From: the human T2T-CHM13v2.0 reference genome, Homo sapiens
Direction: 5' to 3' (one strand)
Assembly (NCBI RefSeq): GCF_009914755.1
Contig: NC_060925.1
DNA: 64,000 nucleotides
Of this stretch, positions 13,114-26,762 are shown one piece after another (within the stretch, counting starts at the first letter, position 1; each line of letters starts with the position of its first letter). Position numbers and translations under genes: made by a program. Under the pieces are notes generated by a model. That model had not been told where the DNA came from. It searched no databases and was given only the letters and a program-made list of their open reading frames with translations.

Positions 13114-16100
13114 TATATATAAAATTATATACAGTGTATATGCAATATGCAATATAACTAAATGTGAAATGTAAATTCTACACTTGTGCCTAAGTACCCA
13201 TCAAAACCTTTGGAAATAGGGCTATATTTTTATCTATGATTTTTCCACTCTAAATGTAATACCTGGCACATATACATGTCAGTTCAGCTAAATATGCACA
13301 TATACTTCATATTAGTTTATTGGGTATATTCAGTCTTCATCCTTTAATATCTAGGTCTTCCCTGCTGTATTGAGGCTGCCAGGGCAATTGACCTACTTGC
13401 TAAAACTATTATGTAGTATCTGCTTTTCCTTTAAAAAAAACTCTGTGTTATTATCAATTGTATACACTTCAGCTTACATATACCATAATTAAGTCCTACT
13501 ATGACCCAAAGATTGTGTGAAGTGGTTTTATTAATGAATGATGTTAATCACAAATGAAATTGTATACCTATGTAAGACGTGCATTCATCCTAGATATTGG
13601 CTTTTTCTTAAGGTATTTTAACTTATCTATTATTATAAATATATACTGATTATTACCCAAGCAATGCTGGTAAGACTTTTTGACTTGGTGGTCAAGAGTG
13701 TCAGGAAAACCATCTAGCCCGGATGGGATAACTTTTTAGTATTAGGAATATTAAGATAATGTATAAGAGCTATATTTGCAGGATAATATCAGGAACTTCA
13801 AGACTTAAAAAAATAAAAACAAAAACCACTGCATTTCAAGTAACATTGCTGATATTACAAAGACACTTTATTAAGATTTGGCTATTTAACTTCTTAAGGG
13901 TTAATGATACCAGCAACCCTTCTATATGGGAAAATGTAAAAAGTTATTGGAAACAAAATATCCGAGCAAGGGAGAGACTCCTCCTTAGATAAGTTGTAAA
14001 CAATGTTGACATTTTTCATATTCTGAGAATAAGACATCTATACCATTCTGAAATTCTTACATGAGACACCAGGTTTCTAGCATTGCCACTGAACATCCGC
14101 TGTCCATATTTTTAGATCTTTTTTTTTCCATTTGTGCAAAAGTAGATAAAAAAAAGGTCAGCTTGCCTCCAGCAGGATGTTATAGCCAATAAATGCTTAA
14201 ATGTTATTGTATTTTTCTCCCAGCAGCTTGTATCTAGGCAAATGTTTCTGAAGCCTGCCTTGGGCTTGCACACAGGTGCCGGATTCCTGCTCACCACACG
14301 GTAATGATTTGGGACTTCTGCACACTTTCCCTGTGGGCACTTTCTGCTGCCCTTGTTCTAATCAGTGAAAAGGTACTACGGTACCCATTGCTGATGCTTG
14401 TAGACTGAAGGTGTTCCAGGGTGTTGCTCTTGGTGATCTGAACTAGTAGTTGATCTTTAAAATGCTGAAATCTGTGTGCTTAGGAGGTCACTTAGGAGGT
14501 CCTGTTCTCAAACCAGAAACTATCACTATCCTTTAGTCATCAATTTACCCGAGAACATCATTAAAAACTGCAAAATACTGTTTGACAGATCCTCATGAAC
14601 ATTCTGACCTCAATAGCAATAACTTGTAGTAGGTCATGACATTTTCTTAATCGATTTCTTCCTGAAGAGCCACTGCCATTAAAACAAACAAACATCAACT
14701 ATTCACATGTGTGAAATGTTTCCTCAAATTCCCTAGCAGTGGGATAAAATAATAATAATTAATATAAAATTACCCTAATTTCCACTGTGCCAAGTTCTAT
14801 AAATTCAAGGTGTTCTGAATGTGCTGTTGCTACTCCAAACTTTCAAAGAGTGACTAAGAGAAACAAACAATACTGGGACCAAGGTCCCATTCTGGAGAGA
14901 GCTGAAACAATATAATGAAGTATTCTAAAATTATAAGAGAGCGTGATAGGGTATTATTATTATTTTTATGCTATTTAGTCATTGCAGCCAGTGAAAGAAT
15001 GAACAAGGAGGATAGAAAATCCCTGAGCTAACTCACTTGAAGAGAGACGGACCTGCTAGGCATCCTTTCTCTTTCTCACTCTTACACATTGGTCTGCCTG
15101 AAGGCTGAGAAGCCTATAATTTTACCAATATATCCAATAGCCATGATTAAATATCATGGGGAGGAAATGGAAGAGAGTGGGGAAAGCACAGGTTTTGCTG
15201 CCACCATCTCCTGCTTCATTTCTGAATGAAGGGCCTTGGGAAAATCCCTTCACCTCTGTAGGCCTCCATTCCGCTCCCATAAATATCCTTCTCAATGGAA
15301 TTTTGGAAGTCTCAAGCTCATCCATATGTACACCTAGCATGATTTTACTATAGAATAGTGATTTTTAAATAGATACTATATTTTTTCAAAAATTAAAAAG
15401 TCATATAATGTAGTGATGCCCATGTCCATTAATCCAGGTTAATTTTTTAGTAGCAAGTCAGGCTCAATGAGATCCAACTAGAAAGCAGAAAAGGTTGCAA
15501 GTACAAGACTCATCCTCTAGGACCACCTGGAACAGGACCTTTAAGACATCAAGGGAGAAGAAGCAAACAATGAGGAGGAACAAACAAGGAGAATACCTAA
15601 AAACAGACCTTCCAAGGGATCAAATGTAGTTGTTGTATAATTATGCTCTAGCCTAGCCCTGGGCCTGGATGAGGATATTTAATTGGAGAGCAATTAAGTC
15701 TTATTAACATCAAATTACAAATTTTTACATTGCAATGGTCAAGTTTTCATTTCTGTTTCTGCCTTGTAAAAAATATTTTCCTTAGCATTTTCTCAAACTG
15801 GCATGGTGCTTCTTTTCTCACAAGAGTATCTGTAGCTCCAATGATGGAAGAGTTGACCTGAAACACATCAGGAGAGTGGCCCTGGTCCCTGTGCGTCTGT
15901 TGGAAGTATTGATAAGCCGCCCTGGAATCAGGTTGTAGATGCCTTCTGCCATAGATTACAAAATAGGGGCAAGGCTTGTGAAACTCTCTGCAAAGAGCAT
16001 TCTTCTTACATCTTTATTGCCTACAAAATGCCAGGAGAGTTTCCAAGTAAGAGCAATCACTGTTAAAGAAAATAGGACATAAAATAAACTGTTATTACCT

Positions 16101-16339
16101 GCAAAACAGCTGTATTTCCTTTTCTTCCCAGAGAAGCACATAAACCCTCTGTATACTCTGACATGAAGCAATGTAATAGAACTTTTATTTCAGTAAACAC
16201 GAGATATTTGTTCCATGATAAGTAACATCTGAAAGGCAAAAAAGTTGTGCTCAAATTTTGTCAGCTGTTTCATGATTGCAAAATCAAAAAAGGGATCTTA
16301 CAAATTGATTGGGCCCATTCTTGGTCTAAGATAGGAGGT

Positions 16340-16600
16340 TATAAAAGCTAAGAGCAAGGGCTTTGCAATAGGACAGACAGAGGTCTAATCCCAGCTCTGC
16401 CTCTTAAGTTTATATGTAACCCAAGGGAAGTTATTGCGTCTTTGCAAGCTTCAGTTTCTGCATTATCAAAGTGGTGGCAATAATAGAACCTACCTCATAG
16501 ATACTGAGTATTAAATAAAATATGTTATTTAAATAAAAGTGTTAATTATAGCACCTGACCCTTCAGAAGTACATAAATGGTAGTAGCTATTATGCTAAAA
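16340..16600 (+). mobile_element. MIR SINE fragment
   Basis: ctaatcccagctctgcc...caagcttcagtttctgcatt...aataatagaacctacctcatag resembles the MIR core. Confidence 0.6.
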
Positions 16601-17822
16601 CTCTCTCTAGCTACTGGTCGTGTCATAATTTTATAGTATATCTAAGGAGACCTAATGAAAATCCAAGGAGATGAGAATATTCTTAATTTTTTAACTATGT
16701 AATTTATTTTTCTTTTATTGAAACCGATTGGTTTTCCTGATTGTCTTCTTTGAATACTTGGAATGGATTCTCATCAACTTTCTTATATATACATCCTTTA
16801 CATATCTGGAATCATGCAATTTTACAACTGGGAGAGACCATGTATATAATGCATGCAACTTCCTTGTTTTATAGATGATGGAACTAAGTATTGAAACAGT
16901 GACATGACTTGTACAAAGTCACAGGTATAATTATAAAGAAAAAAAACTCCACATATTCTGGGATGCTACCCAATGCTCATTCCAGATAAAACTCACTGAA
17001 TTTGAAGGTAAGTCATTTTCTCCAGCCATTGTCTAATGACATGAATTCTTTTAACTGTTTCCTATGTATCATTCTATCCTTTATATAAGACTTGCTTAAC
17101 ACATTCTGTGTTCTCAGGTCACTTTTACAATTTGAAGACTCCAAACGAGGTATATTTACCCTATTTGATGTCTAATTTTCAGACAAGGTTTATTAAGGGA
17201 TTATTCCCTGATCCTGATCCTTGATTTTCTGTACTATGGTGTCACCTCAAAGGATGTTCACTGAGACCTTTCCTGAACATCCCTGGTAAAGGTTATTCTT
17301 CTCTTTTGAGCTCTCATAGCTCCAAATACATGGATGTGTTTGATTCCCTTCCTAGACTCTACATCCATGGAGGGCCAAGCTCACACAGCTACTTACTCAC
17401 TCATCACCCAACAGGTCTCTGTGGAAGAGTCACCAAACATTCTCTTTTATTTCATTTCATTTTATATTATTTCTTGTCTATAGAAGACCAACTTCCAGAA
17501 CTAGATCAAGAACACACTGGGCCATTTGTCTCTGACTTCTGGGAAGTAAAGAGAAATGGAGGAGAATTTGAGTTATGATTCTTCCTCCCATTTAACCTCT
17601 ATCTTGCTCTAACTTGACATAGTAGACTGTCGTGTTGTTTCTCTTATTTTTCACAACTCACTTTTTGCAATGTAAGTGTCTTCACATCCCATGGACACAA
17701 ATATTCGAGGTTGTTATTTGGTGTAAAGAAAATTCTACTGATGTTCTAATTTTTAGAAAGTAGGTAAAAAGAATTTCCAATATCTGTCAATATTATACTC
17801 AGAAATTAAATACTGGTTTCTA

Positions 17823-18008
17823 GGCAAGGTGTGGTGGGTCACAGCTGTAATCCCAGTATTTTGGGAGACCAAGGCAGTTGTATCAATTGAGCCTAGGAGT
17901 TCGAGACCAGCCTTGCCAATATGTGAAACCCCGTCTCCACTAAAAAGACAAAAATTAGCCAGGTGTGGTGGTATATGCCTGTAATCCCAGCTACTCGGGA
18001 GGCTGAAG
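17823..18008 (+). mobile_element. AluJ-type element with most of the right arm missing
   Basis: Left monomer, A-rich linker and start of the right monomer, then an abrupt change to (GGAA)n. Degenerate TSD aaatactggtt(t/c)c(t/c)a flanks the Alu plus microsatellite. Confidence 0.85.
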
Positions 18009-18139
18009 GAAAGGAAGGAAGGAAGGAAGGAAGGAAGGAAGGAAGGAAGGAAGGGAGGGAGGGAGGGAGGGAGGGAGGGAGGGAGGGGGAGGGAGGGGGA
18101 GGGAGGGAGGGAGGAAAGGGAAGGAAAGGGAGAGAAAAT
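18005..18139 (+). repeat. Pure purine microsatellite (GGAA)10 followed by (GGGA)n
   Basis: Ten consecutive GGAA at 18013-18052 and eight GGGA at 18053-18084, then degenerate units. Confidence 0.95.
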
Positions 18140-20179
18140 ACTGGTTCCCAAATAAAACTAGCAAAGAGTAACATCATAGCCAGGAATCCACTTCATTACA
18201 TGCAGCTGTTGAATGAAAGCTTAATATGAAGGAAACAAATGATTTCTTTCTCATTTTTCTAGTTTCTCTTATCTTCACCTTGCTTTATTCAGACATTCAT
18301 TTGTTCTCATAGGCAACTTGGGATGTTGGATAAATCACAAACTGTGGAGTCATACAGACCCAGATAACAATCTTAGAATCTTAAACCTGCTTTCTGACTG
18401 ATCTGTCTCTTTTTCTGTTTTCTAACCCCTAAAATGGAGATAACACAGATCCCACAGTGGTCCTGGAAAGATTCACTGAAATTTTATTATTTCCTTTTTC
18501 CCCTTTTATTAATTTTCCTTTTTATTGGCCCCATGCTTCCTTCCTGTGATTAAACTTTTGCCCTGCCTCCTTTTGATGAAGGCCAAAAAAGTATAGATTT
18601 GATGTGAAAAGATCTATATATCAGCTATGCCTCTTTGAAATCAAAGATATTAAATTTTGAAAACTGTTTCCTACATAACTTTATTAAAGCTAGTCTGATT
18701 TAAGCAATTAAATCCCTCTCCAATTCCACTCGGTAGGTTTACAGGATGTATACAGAAGGCTTGATAGTGACAGAACTACTTTCAAGTAAAATATCTCTTC
18801 TCTACTTTTTAATCTGAATTCACTTAATGTAACTCTTAAACTGAAGGGAGGGCTGTGGGCAAAAGGATGAGAACAAATTCCCCATCCATAAAAAGCATCT
18901 GGCACAAGGAAAACAGTAGCAAGTCCAGATGGTACCAAGCTCTGACACAGGCCAGGGAATGCTCTATGGACAGAAATGCCATATAGATTTTGTATAAGAA
19001 AGCACAAAATGCAATCTTGAAAAATTAAAAATAAGAACTTTTGTGGCTGAATAGCCAGAATTTACTCAATATATTCATAATTAGGACTGCTTTATAGGAC
19101 ATTTAATTTATTACTTTATGTTCATGCTTTCCCTTAGAACATATATTAAAGGTGTATGATAATTTTAGCCTGGGCACTTACATTGGCAAAGCATCGCTGT
19201 TACTGGGAGTTGAAAGAACCAATCAGAAAGGCAAACACCCATGGCACCCAAGTGGATTCCATGCTATCAAATATGGTACAATTAGGAGATCAGCAATTGA
19301 CCTTTAATTGTTATCGTTCAGCATGTATTTGGTGGATAGCTTTGCTTAAGATCTTCTGTACCAATTTATTCCTCTTCTCTTCTACTTTCTCTTCTGGGAA
19401 GCTAACAGCTAGTTATCCTTGGTTCATCTATTTCTTATTCAGGGATGCCTTCTTCAATCTACAAAGGCTGAATTAGTGCTCTCATTTCATACTCCTTAGT
19501 GGGCAGTACTTCCTCTGTTTAAGGACTTACTACGACTTTAATCTTTCACTCAAAGCCTGGCCTCCTTCTAACCCAGAACCATATAAATTCAGGGAATGTA
19601 CCCATTTCTTCCCATTCTTCCTCAGGTACCACAGTGCCCAGTACGTGATGAAATTTCCAGCTATGTTTCATCAGTCTGTGTCACAAACAGTGTTCTAGGT
19701 ACATGTCATATACAGGAATGAGAAAAATTGACAAAAACTCTGCTCATGGAGCTTATGTTCTAGGAGAAAAGTGAGCAAAAAGCAAAATAATTAAGTAAGG
19801 TATGTTATATAGAAATGTCAGTGGTGATGACTGCTCCGGAGAAAAATAAGGTAGGAAAAAGGAATAGGAAGACCGGGGACAAAGCTGTCATCCAGGAAAT
19901 TTCATAGTGTGTATTAGACAAGAGGCAAAGATAAAAACTAATGAGGAAGCATTGAATTTAAGGAGTTTTACAAAAGCAAAATAATCAAAGCAAATAGTGA
20001 AGGATAGAGGAAGAATAGAAATTAACCTATCAGCAATCATATAAAAGAGGAGAAATGAACACATCCAGGTTGGTTCTTTGAGAAAAATTTTAAAATGTAT
20101 AAACTTTGGGGAGACTGATTAATAAATAAAAGGAGGGTATACAAATAACAAACATTAGAAATAAAAACGGGAACATCAC

Positions 20180-21004
20180 TGTCTAGTTTGTTTTACACTC
20201 CCAAAGACATGAGGTCCTAGTCCTGGGAATCTGAAAATGTAACTTTAATTGGGAAAAGGATCTTTGCAGATGTGATTAAATTAAGAATTTTGAGTTGGGA
20301 AGGTTATATTAGACTAGCCTAGTGCCTAAGTGCTAAGATATCATAAATATCTTTATAAGAAGGAGGCAGAGGGAGATATCACACATGCACAAAGGTGAAG
20401 CCATGTGAAGATGGAGCAGAGAGAAATTTGAAGATACTGGCCTTGAAGATTGAATTAATACGGCCACAATGCAAGGGATGCTGGCTGCCACCGTAATTAG
20501 GAAAAAACAAGTTGTGGATGATTCTCTAGAGCAGTGGCCCCCAACCTTTTTGGCACCAGGGATTGGTTTTGTGGAAGACAATTTTTCTATGGATGTGTTG
20601 GGCAGGGGGGTGGGTGATGGTTTGGGAATGAAACTGTTCCACCTTAGATTCTCATAAGGAGCATGCAATCTAGATCACTGCATGTGCAATTCACAATAGG
20701 GTTCATTCTCCTATGATGTGACAGGAGATGGAGCTCAGGCGGTAATGCTCGCTCGCCCACCGCTCACTTCCGTGCGGCCCAGTTCCTAACAGGACATTGA
20801 CCGTTACTGGCCCATGGCCTAGGGGTAGGGGACCCCTGCTCTAGAGCCTCTGGAGAGAACACAGTATTGTCAACAGTTTGATTTTAAACTGGTGAAGGTT
20901 ATTTCAGACTTCCGGCCTCCATCACTGTAAGAAAATAAACTCCTGTTGTTTTAAGCTACCAAGTTTGTGGTGATTTGTTTCAGCAGCCACAGAAAACTAA
21001 AATA
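20180..21004 (+). mobile_element. MLT1 (ERVL-MaLR) solo LTR interrupted by MER1B
   Basis: MLT1 phrases tctttgcagatgtgattaaattaag and ctgtaagaaaataaactcctgttgttttaagctaccaagtttgtggtgatttgtt. Confidence 0.8.
20532..20838 (+). mobile_element. MER1B (hAT-Charlie) MITE
   Basis: Termini cagtggcccccaacc...ggggacccctg with a perfect 8 bp hAT TSD ctctagag at 20524-20531 and 20839-20846. Confidence 0.9.
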
Positions 21005-21855
21005 ACCACTCTACTATAGATCCTGAAGTCACTAAGACATTAACTAGAGAAAACGATGAACAATTTTATGCCAATAAGTTTGAAAACATAGATAAAACAG
21101 ACAAATTCTTACAAAAATATCAACTAATGAATATGATATAATAATAGATAAAATACCCTGATACCAAAGCCAGACATGAACCTTACAAGAAAATTACAAG
21201 CCAATATCCCTGATGAACATACATGTAAGAATTCTCGACAAAATACTGAAAAACAGAATTCAACAACACATTGCAAGGATCATTCACGACCATCGAGTGG
21301 GATTTATCCCAGGGATGTGAGGGTAGTTCAATGTACACAAATGTGTAAATGTGATAAACTACATTAACAGAATGAAGGACAAAAACGTATGATCCTCTCA
21401 GTAGAGGAACAAATGCATTTGATAAAATTTACCATCCTTTCGTGACTAAAAACTATAAAACAAATTACTTATGGAAGGAATATACTGCAACACAATAAAG
21501 GCCACATATGACAAACCCACAGCTAACATCATACCCCATGGTGAAAAGTGGAGTTTTTTTCTCTGAGATCAGGAACATAACAAGAATGTCCACTCTTGAC
21601 ACTTCTGTTCAACATGGTGTTAGAAGTTACAATTCAGCAAGTACAAGAAATAATAGGCATCCAAATTGGAAAGAAGAAGTCAAATTGTTCCTATTTGTAG
21701 ATGGCATGATCTTACATATAGAAAACCCTAAAGACTCCACTAAAAACTATTAGGACTAATACATGAATTAGTAAAGTTGCAGGATATAAAATAAACATAC
21801 AAAAATCAGTAGCATTTCTATATACTAACCACTAACTATCCACAAAAGATATCAA

Positions 21856-22201
<346 letters not shown>

Positions 22202-23321
22202 TTAACCAAGGAGGTGAAAGACCTACACACTGAAAACCATAACACTTTGATGAAATAAACTGAAGAAGATGGAAAGATATATTTGTTCTTGGATTGGAAG
22301 AATTAATATGTTTTAAATGTTCATACTACCCCAAATAATCTACACAGTCAGTGTAATCCCTATCAAAATACCAATGATATTTTTCAAAAAAAAAATCCTA
22401 AAATTTGTATGGAACCACAAAAGACCCTGAATAGCCAAAGCAATCTTGAGCAAAAATAGCTAAGTCAAAGGCATCATACTACCTGACCGTAAAATATACT
22501 AAATAACTAAGGTAATCAAAAACAGCATGGTACTGGCAAAAAAAAAAAAAAACAGCATGGTACTGGCACATAGACCAATGGAAAGGAATAAAGAACCCAG
22601 AAACAAATACATGTAAATAAGGTCAATTGATTTTTGACAAAGACACCAAGAATACACAATTGGCAAAGGAGAGTCTCTTCAATAAATTGTGTTGAGTTCA
22701 GTAGATATCCACATGCAGAGGAATGAAGTTAAACCCTTACCTTACACCATATACAAAGATCAACTCAAAATGGATTAAAGTCTTTAAACTAAGACCTGAA
22801 GCTGTAAAACTACAAGAAGAAAACCTAGGTGAAAAACTCCATGAGGTTCATATCGGCAGTGATTTTTTGGATATCAACCCAAAAGCAGAGAGAACAAAAG
22901 CAAAAATAGACTAACGGGATTACATGAAACTAAAAAGCTTCTGCACAGCCAATGAAACAATCAACAGAGTGAAGAGATCTATAGGAAGAGAGAAAATATT
23001 TGCAAACTGTATATCTCATTAGCGGTTAGTATCTAAAATATATAAGGAACCCAAAAAACTCAATAGGAAGAAAACAAATAACTCAATTTAAAAATGGGCA
23101 AAGGAATGACTCTTTCTCTTGAGTACACACACACACACACACATTCCCCTTTCTTGAGCGTGTACTTTTCACTTTGTAATAAATCTCCATACTTTCACTA
23201 TTTTCTGACTCATTCTTGAATTCTTTCTTCAGAAGTTATCAAAAGCCTGGATACTGGCTGGGGTCAAGGTCCCACCCACATTTGGGGACCACCCCCCACA
23301 AATCCACCAGCATTATCTTCA

Positions 23322-23339
23322 TGGTGAACCAGCCAGGAG
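23322..23339 (+). other. Primer binding site, tRNA-Arg(ACG) type
   Basis: tggtgaaccagccaggag matches 16/18 to TGGCGAGCCAGCCAGGAG, the complement of the tRNA-Arg-ACG 3' end, just after the U5 end. Confidence 0.75.
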
Positions 23340-23399
23340 CATCATCACTCCCATTTTAGTACCATCAGCATTTGGTCATGCCAAGGACAAGTCAAGGGT

Positions 23400-24877
23400 A
23401 TGGGTAACTGTAATTTAGAAAATGGGGTGCAATGGCCAGATAACAGGACCCTTAATTTTTAATACCATCTTGCAATTAGATCTTTTTAAAAACGTTGGGA
23501 GAAATGGACTGAAATATCATATGTACAGACCTTCATGACTCATCATCAGAGCTTTGACTGTCACGGAAATTGCCACCTTTGTTATGCTCATACCGCCTTT
23601 AGGGGAACTAAATGGGGAACTAGATATCCTAGATGATCCCCTTTGAAAAATGTACCTCCCGAGAGCCTTCTCACACTTTCTAATCCAGACCCAGTTCCTG
23701 CACCCCCAGCTCCTCCTTCTTACCGAACTCCACCTTTGAGTCCCCAGTCTTCTGCTAGTTCCACCGTCTTCAGCCCCCAGACTCCTGCTATTCCACCTCC
23801 TTACCAACCCATATGCCCTTCCCTACCAAAGGAACAGAGCCCTGCCAGGGTCACCAGCATTGGCATTTTCTACCTTCCTGATTATTCTAAGTTACGCCCA
23901 TTTAGGGAGGTGGCCAATGGGAATGCTGGCCATCTAGGTATATGTGCCTTTTTCAATGTCTGATCTAGCACAATGCAGACAGAGGCTGGGCCGGTTTTCA
24001 GATAACCCAACTAAATTCATGGAGGAATTTTGGGCCCTCACTCTCATTTGAGTTAACTTGGGGAGATATTCATATTATCTTGTCCATGTCTTGTACCCAT
24101 GAAGCAAAGCAGCGTATTTGGGTAGAGGCCCCGGCTTATGCTGGCAGCTTGTCAGCAGGGGTTTCTGAAAAAATACACTGCAGGGGCCACGTCTGTGCCT
24201 AACAATGACCCAATCTGGAGCTACCAATAGTGCTAGGCTTATCTAAGAATCAGGAACCGTATGGTGGCTTGTTTAGGGACGGGAATGGAAAAATGTACCA
24301 CTAAGCCTGTAAACTGTGATAAAATAAGAGAAATAAGGAAAGGATGAAAACCCAGCTTTGTTCCAGGGATGTCTTGTAGTGACCCTAGGAAAATATACTA
24401 ACATCGACCTCAGTATTGGTACTGGCCAAATTTTACTAGGGAAACACTTTAGTAGCCAGTCAGCACCCAACATTAGGAGAAAATGACAGAAATTGGCTTT
24501 GGGACCCCAAACGCCTATTCATCAAATGTTTGATGTGGCTTTTGGGATATTCAATAATAGGGACAGGGTTGAAGAGCCTGAAAGATTGACCCAGTGTATC
24601 AAACAACGGGCTAGACAGCCAGCCCAAATGATAGCAGTTGCTGTAAGCAGTGCCCTGCAACCTCAGGGCCACCCAGGAGGATGCTTCCAGCAAACCTGTA
24701 GTTGCTACTTCAAGTGCGGGAAGCCAGGACATTGAAGCAAGAACTGTCCCAGCCAGGGGAGCCCACCTGGACCCTGTCCTCACTGCAAGCCAGGAGGGCT
24801 ATTGGAAAAGGGATTGCTCTCAGCTCCAAAGGGAGAGGAGGACACCTGATGCTATAATGGCCAAAACTGAGGACTGA
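23400..24877 (+). pseudogene. gag: ERV gag remnant (frameshifted)
   Basis: ATGGGTAAC (MGN), MA motif NTILQLDLF, proline-rich PPPY segment, MHR-like KDENPALFQG, NC knuckle-like FKCGKPGH and YWKRDC, stop context GAGGACTGA typical of HERV-W/9/H-like gag. Confidence 0.85.
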
Positions 24878-24913
24878 AGGGGCCTGAGGTTCCTGTTAGC
24901 TCCCATAAAAGGC

Positions 24914-25237
24914 ATGGTCATCACAACTGAGGAGCCTCGGGTCACTCTTGACCTGGTAGGTAAGAATATTAATTTCTTAATTGACCTAGGGGCTGGTTAC
25001 TCTGTCTTAAACAGCCACTCTGGGCCTTTATCCCTCCAAAAGCTGCACCGTCACAGGTGTCAATGGCACCCCCAGGAATGCTTTACTTTACCCCTGAGCT
25101 GCAGGTTAGAAAACTATGTGGTCATTCACGAGTTTCTAGTTATGCCAGTGTCTTCCTCTTTTATTGGGATGGAACTTCCTAGCCACCCTCTGAGTCATTT
25201 TACATTTATCAGGCCTTTGGGAGCCCTCCCTTATTAG
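24914..25237 (+). pseudogene. pro: ERV protease remnant
   Basis: EPRVTL...INFLIDLGAGYSVL; the DTGA active site is changed to DLGA. Confidence 0.8.
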
Positions 25238-25319
25238 CAATGCTTCTTTTTTCTAAGTCAACCTCAGAAAAACAGGAAATCTCCCTCAAAATAACGTCTC
25301 AGGTAGACCCTCAAGTGTG

Positions 25320-26240
25320 AGACCAGGAAACCTCTGACAAAGCAATACACTCACAGCCAGTGATTGCCTCTTTAAAAGACAAAAATAATTTCCCACACAA
25401 GCATCAATATCCTCTCAAACCAGAAGTCAAGCATGGTCTACACTCTCTAATTGAGAAGTTTTTAAAACATAGCCTCCTGGTTCCATGTCACTCTCCTTGT
25501 AATACTCCTGTCCTCCCTATCCAAAATCCAAATGGGGAATATTGTCTAGTTCAAGACTTATGAGCCATTAATGAGGCATTAATTCCCTTACATCCTATAG
25601 TGCCAAATACTTACGCCATACTTGCCCAAATACTGGGAGACAACAATTGGTTCATGATACTAGATCTCAAGGATGCTTTCATTTTGTATCCCTTTGCACC
25701 CTGACCCTTAATATTTGTTTGCTTTTAAGCAGACTAATCCTGGAACTATATTACCCAGCAGTATACCTGGACAGTACTGCCACTGGGCTTTAGGGATAGC
25801 CCTCACTTGTTCAGAAATGCCTTGGCACAAGAAATAAGGTAGATATAGCTAGAAAGGGGGGCCATACTGCAATACGTGAATGACATCCCTATAATGCAGT
25901 CTCATTAAAGAGGACTCAGATAAGAATGCCACTCAAGTCCTAAACTTCCTGGGAAAAAGAGGGTATCAAGTCTCTCCATCCAAGGTCTAGATGTCTAAAC
26001 TGTAACTAAAATATCTGGGGTACCTTCTAAGTCCAGGTAATCATACCTTGTCCATTGAACAACAACAGAAAAGGCTACCTCCACAAATGAAGAAGAAACT
26101 CAGAACTTTTCTGGTTAGGGCAGGATTTTGCAGGATTTGGATCCTAGGATTTGGGCTCATTGCTAATCCATTGTATGAGATCCTAACATGGTCAGAGCAT
26201 GAACCACTGAAATGGTCAGGGAAAGAACAGGAGACTTTAG
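25320..26240 (+). pseudogene. pol: ERV reverse transcriptase remnant (RNase H and integrase absent)
   Basis: QYPLKPE, SPCNTPVLP, LVQDL, LDLKDAF, YTWTVLP.GFRDSPHLF, LQYVND (YxDD degraded), LRTFL...GFCRIWI. Confidence 0.9.
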
Positions 26241-26600
26241 CTTCTAGCTGAACAAAGATAGGTTTATGCAATAATAAACCACACCAGTTGTTCTTATATT
26301 AATAATTAATGATTGGTTAAACTTCAAGTTCAAAAGATTTAACAGCAGGCTACCTGGCTACATAATTTCAATAACCCCACCACTCAAACCATCTGGGATT
26401 CCATCAAATAATGGCTACCAAATGTGACATGGTTCCTACCTTTCCTGTGACCTTTAACAGCTATATTATTACTATTAACCTTTGGTCCTTGCTTGTTTAA
26501 CCTCCTTGTAAAGTTTGTGTCTTCTAGGTTGCAACAGTTTCATGTCAAAATATTGGTCATGCAAGCGTGCCAACCAATATCTGCCTCAGATTCACTCTCC
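26241..26600 (+). pseudogene. env: ERV env transmembrane-subunit remnant
   Basis: LLAEQ (end of the immunosuppressive domain), QQATWLH, hydrophobic anchor, then FGPCLFNLLVKFVSSRLQQF. Confidence 0.8.
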
Positions 26601-26762
26601 TAATGACCCACCCATGGGACTTTTAAACTAGGCAACCAGAAAATTCCATGTCCTCACTAGGAGGACCAACAGCCCTAATCAACAGGAAGAAGATACAGAA
26701 GACTGACCTCCTCCCTCTTCAACCATTAAGAATAAGGAATGGAAATCTCTGAGGGAGGAAAA

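Noticed and set aside
17753-18229. Pro/Ser-rich and Gly/Arg/Glu-rich ORFs
   Set aside because: Translations of the Alu and the GGAA/GGGA microsatellite.
26241-26600. Domesticated env (syncytin-like) gene
   Set aside because: Only a short frameshifted TM remnant with stops; no SU or signal peptide.
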